From the NCBI RefSeq assembly GCF_000017305.1, contig NC_009664.2:2940001-2972000 (forward strand): a stretch of DNA of 32,000 bases, read 5' to 3'. The translations under genes were made by a program, and so were the position numbers. How positions within the stretch are numbered: the first letter of the stretch is position 1; every line of letters begins with the position of its first letter. Below the pieces are notes generated by a model, which saw only the letters and a list, made by a program, of their open reading frames with translations, did not search any database and was not told the origin of the DNA. The stretch comes from Kineococcus radiotolerans SRS30216 = ATCC BAA-149. GTDB taxonomy: Bacteria; Actinomycetota; Actinomycetes; Actinomycetales; Kineococcaceae. Of this stretch, positions 1-9,916 are shown one piece after another.

Positions 1-266
1 ATCGCCCGGGCTTCGGCGCTCGGGCGGCGGCGTCCTGGGATCCACTCTAGGCGCGCGGGGTCCCCGGGAGCGCTCCGCGGAGTCCTCGCGGAGGATTTGT
101 GACGAAGGACTCACGGCACCGTGCGGCGCACGTCACGCAGGACAGGCTCACCTTAAGGTCCGGAGGTCTCCCCGGTCGACCTCCTACGGCGTGTCGGAGC
201 AACCGCGTCACCCGATCGGGTCGAGGCGGGGGAGACGGGCGGGCCCGACCGGATAGGTTCCCGCCC

Positions 267-1448
267 ATGACTGACGGGGGACAGGCAAGCGCGCGGAGCT
301 GGTCGGCGGCGTGGTCGGAGGACGACCTCGAGGACGGCCAGATCGACCTCTCCGACTTCCACGCCGTCGTGCCCGCCGGGGGGGCCGGCACCCGGCTCTG
401 GCCGCTCTCGCGCAGCGACCGGCCCAAGTTCCTCCTCGACCTCACCGGCCGCGGCCGGACGCTGCTGCAGTCCACCTGGGACCGCCTGCTGCCGCTCACC
501 GAGGCCTCGCGCACCTGGGTCGTCACCGGCCGCTCGCACGCCGACGCCGTCGCCGCCCAGCTGCCGGACCTGCCGGGCGAGAACCTCCTGCGCGAACCGT
601 GCCAGCGCGACTCCGCCGCCGCCATCGGCCTGGCCGCCGCCGTCCTGGTCCGCCGCGACCCCGACGCCGTGCTCGGCTCCTTCGCCGCCGACCACAACAT
701 CTCCGGGCGCGACGACTTCGAGAGCTCCGTGGAGGAGGCCGTCGTCACCGCCCGCCGCGGGTTCGTCGTCACCATCGGGATCGCCCCCTCCCACCCCGCC
801 ACCGGCTTCGGCTACATCCGCCTCGGCAAGCGGCTGCGCCTGCAGGGCGCGCCCAACGCCCGCCGCGTCGTGCAGTTCAAGGAGAAGCCCGACGCGCGCA
901 CCGCCGCGGCCTACCTCTCCACCGGCGACTACCGCTGGAACGGCGGCATGTTCGTGGCCCGCGCCGACGTCCTGCTCGAGCTCCTCGCCGCCCACGCCCC
1001 CGCCCTGCACGCCGGCCTGCAGCGCATCGCCGACGCCTGGGACACCCCCCAGCGCGACGCGGTCCTCGAGGAGCAGTGGGCGGCGCTGCCCGCCATCGCC
1101 ATCGACCACGCCGTGGCCGAACCGGCCGCCGAGGAGGGCCGGGTCGCCGTCGTGCCCGCCACCTTCGGCTGGGACGACGTCGGCGACTTCTCCTCCCTCG
1201 CCGAGCTGCTGCCCGCCGACGTCGACATGCCCAAGGTGCTCGGGGACCCCCACCTCGTCATCACCGAGGGCGTCGCCGGGGGGCTCGTCGTGCCGGGCAA
1301 CGACCGCGTCGTGGCCCTGCTCGGCGTCGACGACCTCGTCGTCGTCGACACCCCCGACGCCCTCATGGTGACCACCCGCGCCCGCGCGCAGGAGGTCAAG
1401 AAGCTCGTCGCCCGCGCCCGCGAAGCCGGCCTGGACCACGTCCTGTGA
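267..1448 (+). CDS. manC: mannose-1-phosphate guanylyltransferase-like NTP-transferase (no C-terminal isomerase/cupin domain)
   Basis: In-frame ATG at 267 inside track ORF 99..1448. Motifs HAVVPAGGAGTRLWPLSR (nucleotide-binding loop), GFGYI, and FKEKP...YRWNGGMF. Start is uncertain between ATG 267 and GTG 99; the SD is weak. Confidence 0.8.
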   Translation: MTDGGQASARSWSAAWSEDDLEDGQIDLSDFHAVVPAGGAGTRLWPLSRSDRPKFLLDLTGRGRTLLQSTWDRLLPLTEASRTWVVTGRSHADAVAAQLPDLPGENLLREPCQRDSAAAIGLAAAVLVRRDPDAVLGSFAADHNISGRDDFESSVEEAVVTARRGFVVTIGIAPSHPATGFGYIRLGKRLRLQGAPNARRVVQFKEKPDARTAAAYLSTGDYRWNGGMFVARADVLLELLAAHAPALHAGLQRIADAWDTPQRDAVLEEQWAALPAIAIDHAVAEPAAEEGRVAVVPATFGWDDVGDFSSLAELLPADVDMPKVLGDPHLVITEGVAGGLVVPGNDRVVALLGVDDLVVVDTPDALMVTTRARAQEVKKLVARAREAGLDHVL

Positions 1449-1536
1449 CCCCGGCCGCGCCCGCGCCGGCCCCCCGGTCCCCCCGCGGGACCGCGGGGTC
1501 GGCGCCCGGCAGCGGCGGCGGGTAGCGTCGAACCCC

Positions 1537-2784
1537 GTGAGCAGCGACACGAGCACCACGAGCACCCCGGACGCCGCGGCCGCGCGGACCGAGGGGCTCG
1601 CGGCCCGCGTCGCCGACCTCGTCGTCGCCCACGAGCCCACCGCCCGCGCCCTGCGCCGCGACGTGCACGCCCACCCCGAGCTGGCCCACCAGGAGCACCG
1701 CACGACGGCCCGGATCGCCGAGCTGCTGGCCGACGCCGGCGTCGCCGTCCGGCTGCTGCCGGGCACCGGCCTCATCGCCGACATCGGCCCCGACGGGCCC
1801 CGCGTGGGGGTCCGCGCCGACATCGACGCGCTGCCCGTGCCCGAGGCCACCGGCCTGCCCTACGCCTCCACCGCGCCCGGCGTCGCGCACGCCTGCGGCC
1901 ACGACGTGCACACCGCCTCCGTGCTGGGCGCCGGGCTCGTCCTGGCCGACCTCGCCCGGGCGGGGGTCCTGCGGCACGGGGTGCGGCTGGTGTTCCAGCC
2001 CGCCGAGGAGGTCATGCCCGGCGGGGCGCTCGGCGTCATCGGCGCCGGCGTCCTCGACGGGGTGGCCGCGATCTACGGCCTGCACTGCGACCCCAGCCTC
2101 GACGCCGGCACCGTCGGTCTCAAGGCCGGCCCCATCACCTCCGCCTCCGACCACGTGACCGTCCGGCTGCGCGGGACCGGCGGGCACACCTCCCGCCCGC
2201 ACCTGGCCGGGGACCTCGTCTTCGCGCTGGGGCAGGTCGTGACCCAGCTGCCGGCCGTCATCGCCCGCCGGGTCGACCCGCGGGCCGGGGTGAACCTCAC
2301 CTGGGGCGCGGTGCACGCCGGCGACGTGGCCAACGCCGTGCCCGCCGAGGGCTACGCTGCCGGCACCCTGCGCTGCATGGAGACCGAGGCCTGGCAGCAC
2401 GCCGGGGAGCTCGTCGAGTCCGTCGTCGCCGACCTCGTGCGGCCCTACTCGGTGCGGGCGGAGGTCAGCCTGGTCCGCGGCGTCCCGCCCGTGGACAACG
2501 AGGTGCACTCCACCGCCGCCCTCGACGAGGCCGCCCGCGCCCTGCTCGGTCCCGACGGGGTCCTGCCGACCCGGCAGTCCCTGGGCGGGGAGGACTTCGC
2601 CTGGTACCTGCACCACGTCCCCGGCGCCATGGTGCGGCTGGGCACGCGCACCCCCGGCGGCACGACCTACGACCTGCACCGCGGCGACTACGCCCCCGAC
2701 GAGGCGGCGCTCGCCGTGGGCATCGGGGTGCTGGCGGTGACGGCGGCCTCCGAACGGGCGCTCCCCGCTGGTCTGCAGGGCTGA
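1537..2784 (+). CDS. M20-family amidohydrolase (N-acyl-L-amino acid amidohydrolase / hippurate hydrolase-like)
   Basis: Track ORF of 415 aa with a GTG start. Motifs HAHPELAHQE and HACGHDVH (metal ligands), plus FQPAEE. Strong G/C at third codon positions. Confidence 0.85.
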   Translation: MSSDTSTTSTPDAAAARTEGLAARVADLVVAHEPTARALRRDVHAHPELAHQEHRTTARIAELLADAGVAVRLLPGTGLIADIGPDGPRVGVRADIDALPVPEATGLPYASTAPGVAHACGHDVHTASVLGAGLVLADLARAGVLRHGVRLVFQPAEEVMPGGALGVIGAGVLDGVAAIYGLHCDPSLDAGTVGLKAGPITSASDHVTVRLRGTGGHTSRPHLAGDLVFALGQVVTQLPAVIARRVDPRAGVNLTWGAVHAGDVANAVPAEGYAAGTLRCMETEAWQHAGELVESVVADLVRPYSVRAEVSLVRGVPPVDNEVHSTAALDEAARALLGPDGVLPTRQSLGGEDFAWYLHHVPGAMVRLGTRTPGGTTYDLHRGDYAPDEAALAVGIGVLAVTAASERALPAGLQG

Positions 2785-2924
2785 AAGATCTCGATCTGGA
2801 CAACCTGCCCGCTCGCGCGGACGGAACCCTGCTTTTCGCACCGTACGATGTGCGCGCGTTCGCCGATCCGTCCTTCCGCGTCGTCGTCGTCCGCCTCCGC
2901 CCCCCGACCTGGAGGACCCCCGCC

Positions 2925-4016
2925 ATGAAGACCCTGCACCGCTTCGCCCCCGTGGCCGCCGTCGGCGCCGCCGCCCTGCTGCTGGCCTCCTGCGGCAGCC
3001 GGCCCGACGACACCGCCGGCTCGGCCGAGGGCTCCGGGGGCGGCGACGCCTTCAAGGCGTGCATGGTCCTGGACACCGGCGGCGTCGACGACCGCTCGTT
3101 CAACCAGAGCTCCTACGCCGGCATGGAAGCGGCCAAGGCGGAGAACCCGAACATCGAGATCTCCTACGTGCCCTCCGCCGACGACACCCAGTACACGCCG
3201 AACCTGCAGGCGCAGGTCCAGGCCGGCTGCGACACGATCATCGGCGTGGGCGGGCTGATGGCCGACTCCATGAAGGAGGTCGCCTCCGCGAACCCGGACC
3301 AGTCCTTCGCCGAGATCGACTCCTCCTCCGAGGAGGCCAACGTCTACGCGCTGCAGTACAACACCGCCGAGGCCGCCTTCCTCGGCGGTTACCTCGCCGC
3401 CGGCATGACCAAGACGGGCGTCGTGGGCACCTGGGGCGGTCTGCCCATCCCGCCGGTGACCATCTTCATGGACGGCTTCTGGGAGGGCGTCCAGCACCAC
3501 AACCAGCAGAAGGGCACGAACGTCCGCGTCCTCGGCTGGGACGAGAACAACCCCGGCGGCGGCACCTTCGCCAACAGCTTCCAGGACCAGGCCGCGGGCC
3601 GCTCCATCACCGAGACCCTCGCCGGCCAGGGCGCCGACGTCATCATGCCGGTGGCCGGCCAGGCCGGCCTCGGCGCGGGCGCGGCCGCCGAGGCCGCCGG
3701 CGGGAACCTCAACCTCGTGTGGGTGGACACCGACGGCTGCGAGAGCGCCGAGCAGTACTGCAAGTACTTCATCTCCTCGGTCACCAAGAACCTCACCGAC
3801 TCCGTGAAGGAGTACGTGCTCGCCGCCGCCGACGGCGAGGCCCCGACCGGTTCCTACGTCGGCACCCTGGAGAACGAGGGCGTCGGCCTGGCGCCGTTCA
3901 ACCAGTTCGACGCGCAGGTGCCCGCCGAGCTGAAGAGCGAGCTGGAGGCCGTCCGCGCCGGCATCGTCGACGGCTCGATCGAGATCACCTCGCCCAGCGC
4001 GATCGCCGCGAGCTGA
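2925..4016 (+). CDS. BMP-family (PnrA/NupN-like) ABC substrate-binding lipoprotein, probable nucleoside binding
   Basis: ATG 2925 inside track ORF 2850..4016, with GGAGG at 2911..2915 nine nt upstream. Signal peptide [25 protein letters not shown] has lipobox L-A-S-C. BMP-like body ([14 protein letters not shown]). Followed by a cognate ABC ATPase and permeases. Confidence 0.9.
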   Translation: MKTLHRFAPVAAVGAAALLLASCGSRPDDTAGSAEGSGGGDAFKACMVLDTGGVDDRSFNQSSYAGMEAAKAENPNIEISYVPSADDTQYTPNLQAQVQAGCDTIIGVGGLMADSMKEVASANPDQSFAEIDSSSEEANVYALQYNTAEAAFLGGYLAAGMTKTGVVGTWGGLPIPPVTIFMDGFWEGVQHHNQQKGTNVRVLGWDENNPGGGTFANSFQDQAAGRSITETLAGQGADVIMPVAGQAGLGAGAAAEAAGGNLNLVWVDTDGCESAEQYCKYFISSVTKNLTDSVKEYVLAAADGEAPTGSYVGTLENEGVGLAPFNQFDAQVPAELKSELEAVRAGIVDGSIEITSPSAIAAS

Positions 4017-4021
4017 TCCCC

Positions 4022-4050
4022 GCCCGGCCGGGCCCCGCGCCCGGCCGGGC
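4022..4050 (+). terminator. GC-rich stem-loop just after the substrate-binding-protein gene (attenuating terminator or mRNA-stabilising hairpin)
   Basis: The self-complementary 12-mer GCCCGGCCGGGC occurs twice (4022..4033 and 4039..4050) with a 5-nt spacer. The two copies can pair as a 12-bp stem. No U-tract follows. Confidence 0.35.
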
Positions 4051-4101
4051 CCGCACCACCGACGCACCACCGATGCAGGCGACGAGGGGAACGACGCGCA
4101 C

Positions 4102-5616
4102 GTGGAGCTGGAACTCCGAGGCATCACCAAGCGCTTCGGGTCCCTCGTCGCCAACGACGGGATCGACCTGACGGTCCGGGAGGGCGAGATCCACGCCCTG
4201 CTCGGTGAGAACGGCGCCGGCAAGAGCACGCTGATGAACGTGCTCTACGGGCTCCACGCGCCCGACGAGGGGGAGATCCTCGTCGACGGGCGGGCGGTGC
4301 GCTTCTCCTCGCCCGGGGACGCGATGGCCGCCGGGATCGGCATGGTGCACCAGCACTTCATGCTGGTGCCGGGCTTCACCGCCACCGAGAACATCGTCCT
4401 CGGCTCCGAGCTGACGCGCGGGGGCGGTCTGCTGGACCGCCGGCGCGCGCGGGCGCGGGTGCTGGAGACCTCCGAGCGCTTCGGGCTGGCGGTGCCGCCG
4501 GACGCCCTGGTCGCCGACCTCGCCGTCGGCGTGCAGCAGCGCGTGGAGATCCTCAAGGCGCTGCTGCGCGAGGCGAAGGTCCTCGTGCTCGACGAGCCCA
4601 CCGCGGTGCTCACCCCCGCCGAGACCGACGACCTCATGCGCGTCATGCGCGAGCTCGCCGACTCCGGCACCTCGATCGTCTTCATCACCCACAAGCTGCG
4701 CGAGGTGAAGGCGGTCGCCGACCGCATCACCGTCATCCGCCGCGGCCGCGTCGTCGGTTCCGCGCAGCCCACCGCCTCCCAGGAGGAGCTCGCCGCGCTC
4801 ATGGTCGGGCGCGACGTGCGCCTGGTCGTGGACAAGGCGCCCGCCGCCCCGGGCGAGCCGGTGCTGGAGGTGTCCGGCCTGCGGGTCACCGACCCCGCCG
4901 GCGCGGTCCTGCTCGACGACGTCAGCCTCACCGTGCGCGCCGGGGAGGTGCTCGCGATCGCCGGGGTCGACGGCAACGGCCAGAGCGAGCTGACCCGCAG
5001 CGTCGTCGGCCTGCAGGCGGTGGACGCCGGCCGCGTGAGCCTGGGCGGAGAGGACCTCACCGGCCTCTCCGTGCGCCAGGTCCTGCAGCGCGGCGTCGGG
5101 TACGTGCCCGAGGACCGCCTGCACGACGGCCTCGTGGGCTCCTTCAGCATCGCCGAGAACCTCGTCCTCGACCTCGTCGACACCCCCGCGTACTCCGCGG
5201 GCCCCTCCGTCGACCGCGCCGCCGTGGCCCGCAACGCCGCCGAGCGCGTCGAGGAGTTCGACATCCGCGCCGCCGGCCCGCAGGCCGCGGTGTCCACCCT
5301 CTCCGGCGGCAACCAGCAGAAGGTCGTGCTGGCCCGCGAGATGTCCCGGCCGCTGAGGCTCCTCGTGGTGGCCCAGCCCACCCGCGGCGTCGACGTCGGC
5401 AGCCAGGAGTTCGTGCACCAGCGCATCGTCGCCGAGCGCGACCGCGGTGCCGCCGTCCTGCTCGTCTCCACCGAACTGGACGAGGTGCGCGCCCTGGCGG
5501 ACCGCATCGTCGTCATGTACCGCGGGCGCATCGCCGGGGAGGTCGGCCCCGACGCCGGCTCCGAGCAGCTGGGTCTGCTCATGGCCGGCGCGCGACCGCA
5601 GGAGGGAACCGCGTGA
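4102..5616 (+). CDS. ABC transporter ATP-binding protein with two fused ABC domains (CUT2 sugar/nucleoside type)
   Basis: Walker [10 protein letters not shown] in domain 1 and [10 protein letters not shown] in domain 2. Signature [11 protein letters not shown] start at 4102. Confidence 0.92.
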   Translation: MELELRGITKRFGSLVANDGIDLTVREGEIHALLGENGAGKSTLMNVLYGLHAPDEGEILVDGRAVRFSSPGDAMAAGIGMVHQHFMLVPGFTATENIVLGSELTRGGGLLDRRRARARVLETSERFGLAVPPDALVADLAVGVQQRVEILKALLREAKVLVLDEPTAVLTPAETDDLMRVMRELADSGTSIVFITHKLREVKAVADRITVIRRGRVVGSAQPTASQEELAALMVGRDVRLVVDKAPAAPGEPVLEVSGLRVTDPAGAVLLDDVSLTVRAGEVLAIAGVDGNGQSELTRSVVGLQAVDAGRVSLGGEDLTGLSVRQVLQRGVGYVPEDRLHDGLVGSFSIAENLVLDLVDTPAYSAGPSVDRAAVARNAAERVEEFDIRAAGPQAAVSTLSGGNQQKVVLAREMSRPLRLLVVAQPTRGVDVGSQEFVHQRIVAERDRGAAVLLVSTELDEVRALADRIVVMYRGRIAGEVGPDAGSEQLGLLMAGARPQEGTA

Positions 5617-6839
5617 GCACCGAGACCCCCGCGAAGGAGGTCCCGCCCGGGGGCCCGGCGGGCGCCGCGCCGCGGCGCCCCGCCCCGCGCCGGACCTGGC
5701 TCGTCACCGTCTTCGCCGTCGTCGGCGCCGTCCTCGTCGGTGCGGTCCTCATCGCCGTCGGCGACGCGCGCACGCGCGCCGCGGCCGGCTACTTCTTCAG
5801 CTACCCGTGGGACACCTTCTCCAACGCCTGGTACGCCGTGCGCGACGCCTACCTGGCGCTGCTGGAGGGCGCGCTCTACAGCCCGGACCTGTCCGGGCGG
5901 GCCGCCCTGGGCCCGATCTCGGAGACGCTGGTCAACGCCACGCCGCTCGTCCTGGGCGGTCTCGCGGTGGCCCTGGCGTTCCGGGTGGGGCTGTTCAACA
6001 TCGGCGGCCAGGGGCAGGTGATCCTCGGCGCGGTCGGCGCCGCCTGGCTCGGGTTCGCCTGGGACCTGCCCGCCGGGCTGCACCTGCTCGTCGCCCTCGT
6101 CGGCGGCCTCGTCGGCGGCCTGCTCTGGGGCGCGCTCATCGGCTGGCTCAAGGCCCGCACCGGCGCCCACGAGGTCATCACCTCGATCATGCTGAACTAC
6201 GTCGCGCTGAACCTGCTGAACTTCCTGCTCAGCACCCGCGGCTTCCAGCGCCCGCCCTACGGGCAGGCGATCTCCGAGCAGGTCGCGGGCAGCGCGCGCC
6301 TGCCGCTGCTGCTGGGCAGCCCGCTGCGCGTGCACGCCGGCCTGCTGCTGGCGCTGCTGGCGGCGGTGGTCGTGCACTGGCTGTTCAGCCGCTCCCGCCT
6401 CGGCTTCCGGCTGCGCGCCGTGGGCGCCAACCCCGAGGCCGCGCGCACCGCGGGCATGTCGGTGGGCCGCCTGCAGATCACCGCGATGGCGCTCTCCGGC
6501 GGGCTCGCCGGCCTGGCCGGCGCCTCGCAGGTCCTCGGCGTCAGCGGCAGCGTCACGGGCAGCGTGGCCGGCAGCATCGGCTTCGACGCGATCACCGTGG
6601 CCCTGCTGGGCCGCAACAACCCCTACGGCGTCATCGGGGCCGGTCTGCTGTTCGGCGGCCTGCGCGCCGGCGGGGTGCAGATGCAGTCGACCACCGGCGT
6701 GCCGGTGGACCTGGTGGGGGTCCTGCAGGCCCTCATCGTGCTGTTCATCGCCGCCCCCGCCCTCGTGCGCGCCGTCTTCCGGCTGCGCGCGGGCGGCGGC
6801 GGCGTCGGGACCGAGCTGGCCGGGGGGTGGAGCAGGTGA
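5613..6839 (+). CDS. ABC transporter permease (YufP/NupP-like)
   Basis: GTG 5613 overlaps the upstream TGA (GTGA, 5613..5616); GGAGGGA at 5601..5607. Multi-pass hydrophobic protein of 408 aa. Confidence 0.85.
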   Translation: MSTETPAKEVPPGGPAGAAPRRPAPRRTWLVTVFAVVGAVLVGAVLIAVGDARTRAAAGYFFSYPWDTFSNAWYAVRDAYLALLEGALYSPDLSGRAALGPISETLVNATPLVLGGLAVALAFRVGLFNIGGQGQVILGAVGAAWLGFAWDLPAGLHLLVALVGGLVGGLLWGALIGWLKARTGAHEVITSIMLNYVALNLLNFLLSTRGFQRPPYGQAISEQVAGSARLPLLLGSPLRVHAGLLLALLAAVVVHWLFSRSRLGFRLRAVGANPEAARTAGMSVGRLQITAMALSGGLAGLAGASQVLGVSGSVTGSVAGSIGFDAITVALLGRNNPYGVIGAGLLFGGLRAGGVQMQSTTGVPVDLVGVLQALIVLFIAAPALVRAVFRLRAGGGGVGTELAGGWSR

Positions 6840-8143
6840 GCGCCGCGGAGCAGCGGGCCCGTCCGGAGGCCGTCGTCGTCCACGAGGTGCTCGAGCAGCC
6901 CGTCAGCCTGCGCAAGCGGGTCGTGACCGGTGCGCTGCTCGTGCTCGTCGGCGCGGTCACCGTCGTCGGCTGGGGCCTGGGCGCCGGCGCCGGCGACGCC
7001 ACCTTCGCCTTCGGCGGCGGCACCGCGGTGCGGCTGCCCGACCTCACCCTCCCGGCCACCGCCACCGCGGTGCTCCTGGGCGCGGTCGTGGTGGTGCTGG
7101 GCCTGTTCCAGCTCGTGCGCGGCTTCCGCGCCCGCCGCGGCCCGCTGCTGGTGGGCGCGGCCGTGGCCGCGTTCATGGTCTCGTTCCTGTGCTGGGCGAT
7201 GAGCGGCGGCGAGGCCTCCTCCATCGACGTGGTGCAGCTGCTGCGCCAGACCCTGTTCCTGGCCACCCCGCTGATCCTGGGGGCGCTGGCCGGGGTGCTC
7301 GGCGAGCGCAGCGGCGTCGTCAACGTCGCCATCGAGGGGCAGCTGCTCACCGGCGCCTTCACCGCCGCGCTCGTGGGCACCCTGGCCGGCAGCCTCGGCG
7401 CCGGGGTCGTCGGCGGGGTCCTGTCCGGAGCGCTCGTGGGCTGGCTGCTGGCGGTGTTCGCCATCCGCTACCGCGTCAACCAGGTCATCCTCGGCGTGGT
7501 CCTCAACGCGGCCGCGCTCGGGTTCACCGGCTGGGCGTACAAGGCGCTCATGCAGTCCGACACCGAGCGGTTCAACGCGCCCGGCCAGCTGCAGACGCTG
7601 CCGATCCCCGTGCTCTCCGACATCCCCGTCCTGGGCCCGCTGCTGTTCGAGGCCAACGTCGTCGTCTACGTCATGTACGCCCTCGTCGTGGCGCTGCAGG
7701 TCGTGCTGTTCCGCACCCGGTGGGGGCTGCGCACCCGCGCGGTCGGCGAGCACCCCAAGGCCGCCGCCACCCTGGGCGTGCCGGTCCTGCGCATCCGCTA
7801 CGTCAACGTGGTCGTCGCCGGCGGCATCGCCGGGCTGGGCGGGGCGTTCCTGTCGGTCGGCACCATCGGCCCGTTCACCGAGAACATGTCCGCCGGCAAG
7901 GGGTTCATCGCCCTGGCCGCGGTCATCTTCGGCCGCTGGACGCCGAAGGGGGCCGTCGCGGCGTCGCTGCTGTTCGGGTTCTTCGCGGCCCTGCAGACCC
8001 TCGTGGGGGTCCTGCCGTACGGTTCGTCGGTGCCCTCCAGCTTCCTGTCCGCCCTGCCGTACCTGGCGACCCTGTTCGCGGTCGCCGGCTTCGTCGGGCG
8101 GGTGCGTCCCCCGGCGGCGAGCGGGGAGCCGTACCCGGCGTGA
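6836..8143 (+). CDS. ABC transporter permease (YufQ/NupQ-like)
   Basis: GTG 6836 is in frame with track ORF 5447..8143 and overlaps the upstream TGA (6836..6839). From [11 protein letters not shown] onward the protein is hydrophobic and multi-pass. The upstream part of the 898-aa track ORF is Arg/Pro junk overlapping the previous permease. Confidence 0.85.
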   Translation: MSAAEQRARPEAVVVHEVLEQPVSLRKRVVTGALLVLVGAVTVVGWGLGAGAGDATFAFGGGTAVRLPDLTLPATATAVLLGAVVVVLGLFQLVRGFRARRGPLLVGAAVAAFMVSFLCWAMSGGEASSIDVVQLLRQTLFLATPLILGALAGVLGERSGVVNVAIEGQLLTGAFTAALVGTLAGSLGAGVVGGVLSGALVGWLLAVFAIRYRVNQVILGVVLNAAALGFTGWAYKALMQSDTERFNAPGQLQTLPIPVLSDIPVLGPLLFEANVVVYVMYALVVALQVVLFRTRWGLRTRAVGEHPKAAATLGVPVLRIRYVNVVVAGGIAGLGGAFLSVGTIGPFTENMSAGKGFIALAAVIFGRWTPKGAVAASLLFGFFAALQTLVGVLPYGSSVPSSFLSALPYLATLFAVAGFVGRVRPPAASGEPYPA

Positions 8144-8550
8144 ACCCCGACTTCGACGTCCTGCGCGCCGCCGCCCGCGAGGCGCTGGCGCACTCCTACT
8201 CGCCGTACTCGAACTTCCCCGTCGGCGCGGCCGCGCTCGTCGACGACGGTCGCGTCGTGTCCGGGGCGAACATCGAGAACGCCTCCTACGGGGTCACCCT
8301 GTGCGCGGAGTGCACGCTGGTGGGGCAGCTGCGGATGACCGGCGGGGGCAGGCTCGTGGCCTTCGCCTGCGTCGACGCCGTCGGCAACGTCCTCATGCCG
8401 TGCGGGCGCTGCCGCCAGCTGCTGTACGAGTTCGGCGGGCCGGACCTGCTCGTGGACTCCCCGCGCGGCGTCGTGCCCATGACCGAGGTGCTGCCCGACG
8501 CCTTCGGGCCGCACGACCTCACCGACCCCGCCCGGAAGGCCCCCCAGTGA
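8140..8550 (+). CDS. cdd: cytidine deaminase
   Basis: GTG 8140 overlaps the upstream TGA (8140..8143). Motifs [19 protein letters not shown] and PCGRCRQ (zinc site). 136 aa. Confidence 0.9.
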   Translation: MNPDFDVLRAAAREALAHSYSPYSNFPVGAAALVDDGRVVSGANIENASYGVTLCAECTLVGQLRMTGGGRLVAFACVDAVGNVLMPCGRCRQLLYEFGGPDLLVDSPRGVVPMTEVLPDAFGPHDLTDPARKAPQ

Positions 8551-9833
8551 GCCAGCAGCAGTTCGCCGCCGTCGACGTCATCCGCACCAAGCGCGACCGG
8601 GGGGAGCTCTCCGACGCCCAGATCGACTGGGTGGTCGACGCCTACACCCGCGGCGAGGTCGCCGAGGAGCAGATGTCGGCGCTCGCGATGGCCGTCCTGC
8701 TCAACGGGATGACGCGCGCCGAGGTCTCGCGCTGGACGGGCGCGATGATCGCCTCCGGCGCCCGGCTGGACTTCACCGACCTGCCCCGGCCCAGCGTCGA
8801 CAAGCACTCCACCGGCGGGGTGGGGGACAAGACGACGCTGCCGCTGGCGCCGCTCGTCGCGGCCTGCGGCGCGGCCGTCCCGCAGCTGTCCGGGCGCGGC
8901 CTCGGCCACACCGGCGGGACCCTGGACAAGCTGGAGGCGATCCCCGGCTGGCGGGCGTCGCTCACGCTGCCGGAGATCCGCGCGCAGCTGACCGACCTCG
9001 GCGCGGTGATCTGCGCGGCGACCGGCGACCTCGCCCCGGCGGACAAGAAGCTCTACGCCCTGCGCGACGTGACCGGCACCGTGGAGGCGATCCCGCTCAT
9101 CGCCAGCTCCATCATGAGCAAGAAGATCGCCGAGGGCACCAGCGCGCTCGTCCTGGACGTCAAGACCGGCTCCGGGGCGTTCATGAAGGAGCTCGCGCAG
9201 TCCGTGGAGCTGGCCCGCACGATGGTCGACCTCGGCACCGACGCCGGGGTGCGGACCGTCGCCGTCGTCACCGACATGTCCACCGTGCTGGGCCGCACCG
9301 CGGGCAACGCGCTGGAGGTGCGGGAGTCCGTCGAGGTCCTCGCCGGGGGCGGGCCCGCGGACCTGGTGGAGCTCACCCTGGTGCTGGCCCGGGAGATGCT
9401 CGCCGCCGTGGGCCTGGACGCCGTCGACCCCGCCGACGCCCTCGCCGACGGCCGCGCCATGGACGCCTGGCGGCGGATGGTCGCCGCCCAGGGCGGGGAC
9501 CCCGACGCCCCGCTGCCGGTGGCCCGCCACACCCAGGACGTGCTGGCCCCGGCCGACGGGTTCCTCCACGTCGACGCGATGGCCGTCGGGGTCGCCGCCT
9601 GGCGGCTGGGGGCGGGACGCTCCCGGCGCGAGGAGGCCGTGCAGGCCGGCGCCGGGGTGGAGCTGCACGCCGTGCGCGGGGACCGGGTGCGGGCCGGGCA
9701 GCGGATCGCGACCCTGCACACCGACACCCCGGAACGCTTCGAGTGGGCCGTGCAGGCCCTCGAGGGCGGTTTCCCGGTGTCGGCGACGGCCCCCGAGCCG
9801 GTGCCGCTGGTCCACCAGCGCGTCACCGCCTGA
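8547..9833 (+). CDS. deoA: thymidine / pyrimidine-nucleoside phosphorylase
   Basis: GTG 8547 overlaps the cdd TGA (8547..8550). Motifs [12 protein letters not shown] and [16 protein letters not shown]. Confidence 0.92.
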   Translation: MSQQQFAAVDVIRTKRDRGELSDAQIDWVVDAYTRGEVAEEQMSALAMAVLLNGMTRAEVSRWTGAMIASGARLDFTDLPRPSVDKHSTGGVGDKTTLPLAPLVAACGAAVPQLSGRGLGHTGGTLDKLEAIPGWRASLTLPEIRAQLTDLGAVICAATGDLAPADKKLYALRDVTGTVEAIPLIASSIMSKKIAEGTSALVLDVKTGSGAFMKELAQSVELARTMVDLGTDAGVRTVAVVTDMSTVLGRTAGNALEVRESVEVLAGGGPADLVELTLVLAREMLAAVGLDAVDPADALADGRAMDAWRRMVAAQGGDPDAPLPVARHTQDVLAPADGFLHVDAMAVGVAAWRLGAGRSRREEAVQAGAGVELHAVRGDRVRAGQRIATLHTDTPERFEWAVQALEGGFPVSATAPEPVPLVHQRVTA

Positions 9834-9916
9834 ACCCGCACCACCCGGACGGGCCGACGGTGGATCGAGGTCCGGCGGCCCCCGCCCGATCCCCCCGGGG
9901 ACAGGGGGGAGACCAC

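Noticed and set aside
1-266. Hairpins near the window start and upstream of manC: CGCCCG...CGGGCG at 3..26 with an inner GC-TTCG-GC, and GGAGGTC (162..168) paired with GACCTCC (178..184).
   Set aside because: The upstream gene context is missing because the window is truncated. The stems are short for this GC content and I recognise no known RNA family. These are plausible terminator or leader structures but not supportable as features.
2785-2924. A possible purine or nucleoside riboswitch, or an operator, in the 140-nt leader of the BMP lipoprotein gene. The leader holds the palindrome AGATC-TC-GATCT at 2786..2797, TACGAT at 2844..2849, and CCTCC at 2894..2898 complementary to the SD at 2911..2915.
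   Set aside because: I see no resemblance to the purine riboswitch core I know. The palindrome and the 5-bp anti-SD pairing are short enough to occur by chance. They are noted only as places to look if TSS data become available.
153-6377. A series of long minus-strand ORFs: 153..1850, 1396..2841, 2688..4229, 3985..5418 and 4245..6377.
   Set aside because: They are antisense to manC, the amidohydrolase, the BMP lipoprotein, the ABC ATPase and a permease. The translations are repetitive G/A/R/P/D/V strings without motifs. Third-position G/C periodicity belongs to the plus-strand genes.
5447-8550. N-terminal extensions of track ORFs 5447..8143 (898 aa), 7189..8550 (453 aa) and 8301..9833 (510 aa).
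   Set aside because: Only the 3' parts encode recognisable proteins (permease, cdd, deoA). The extensions are Arg/Pro-rich and overlap the preceding genes. In-frame GTG starts sit exactly at GTGA overlaps with the upstream stops.
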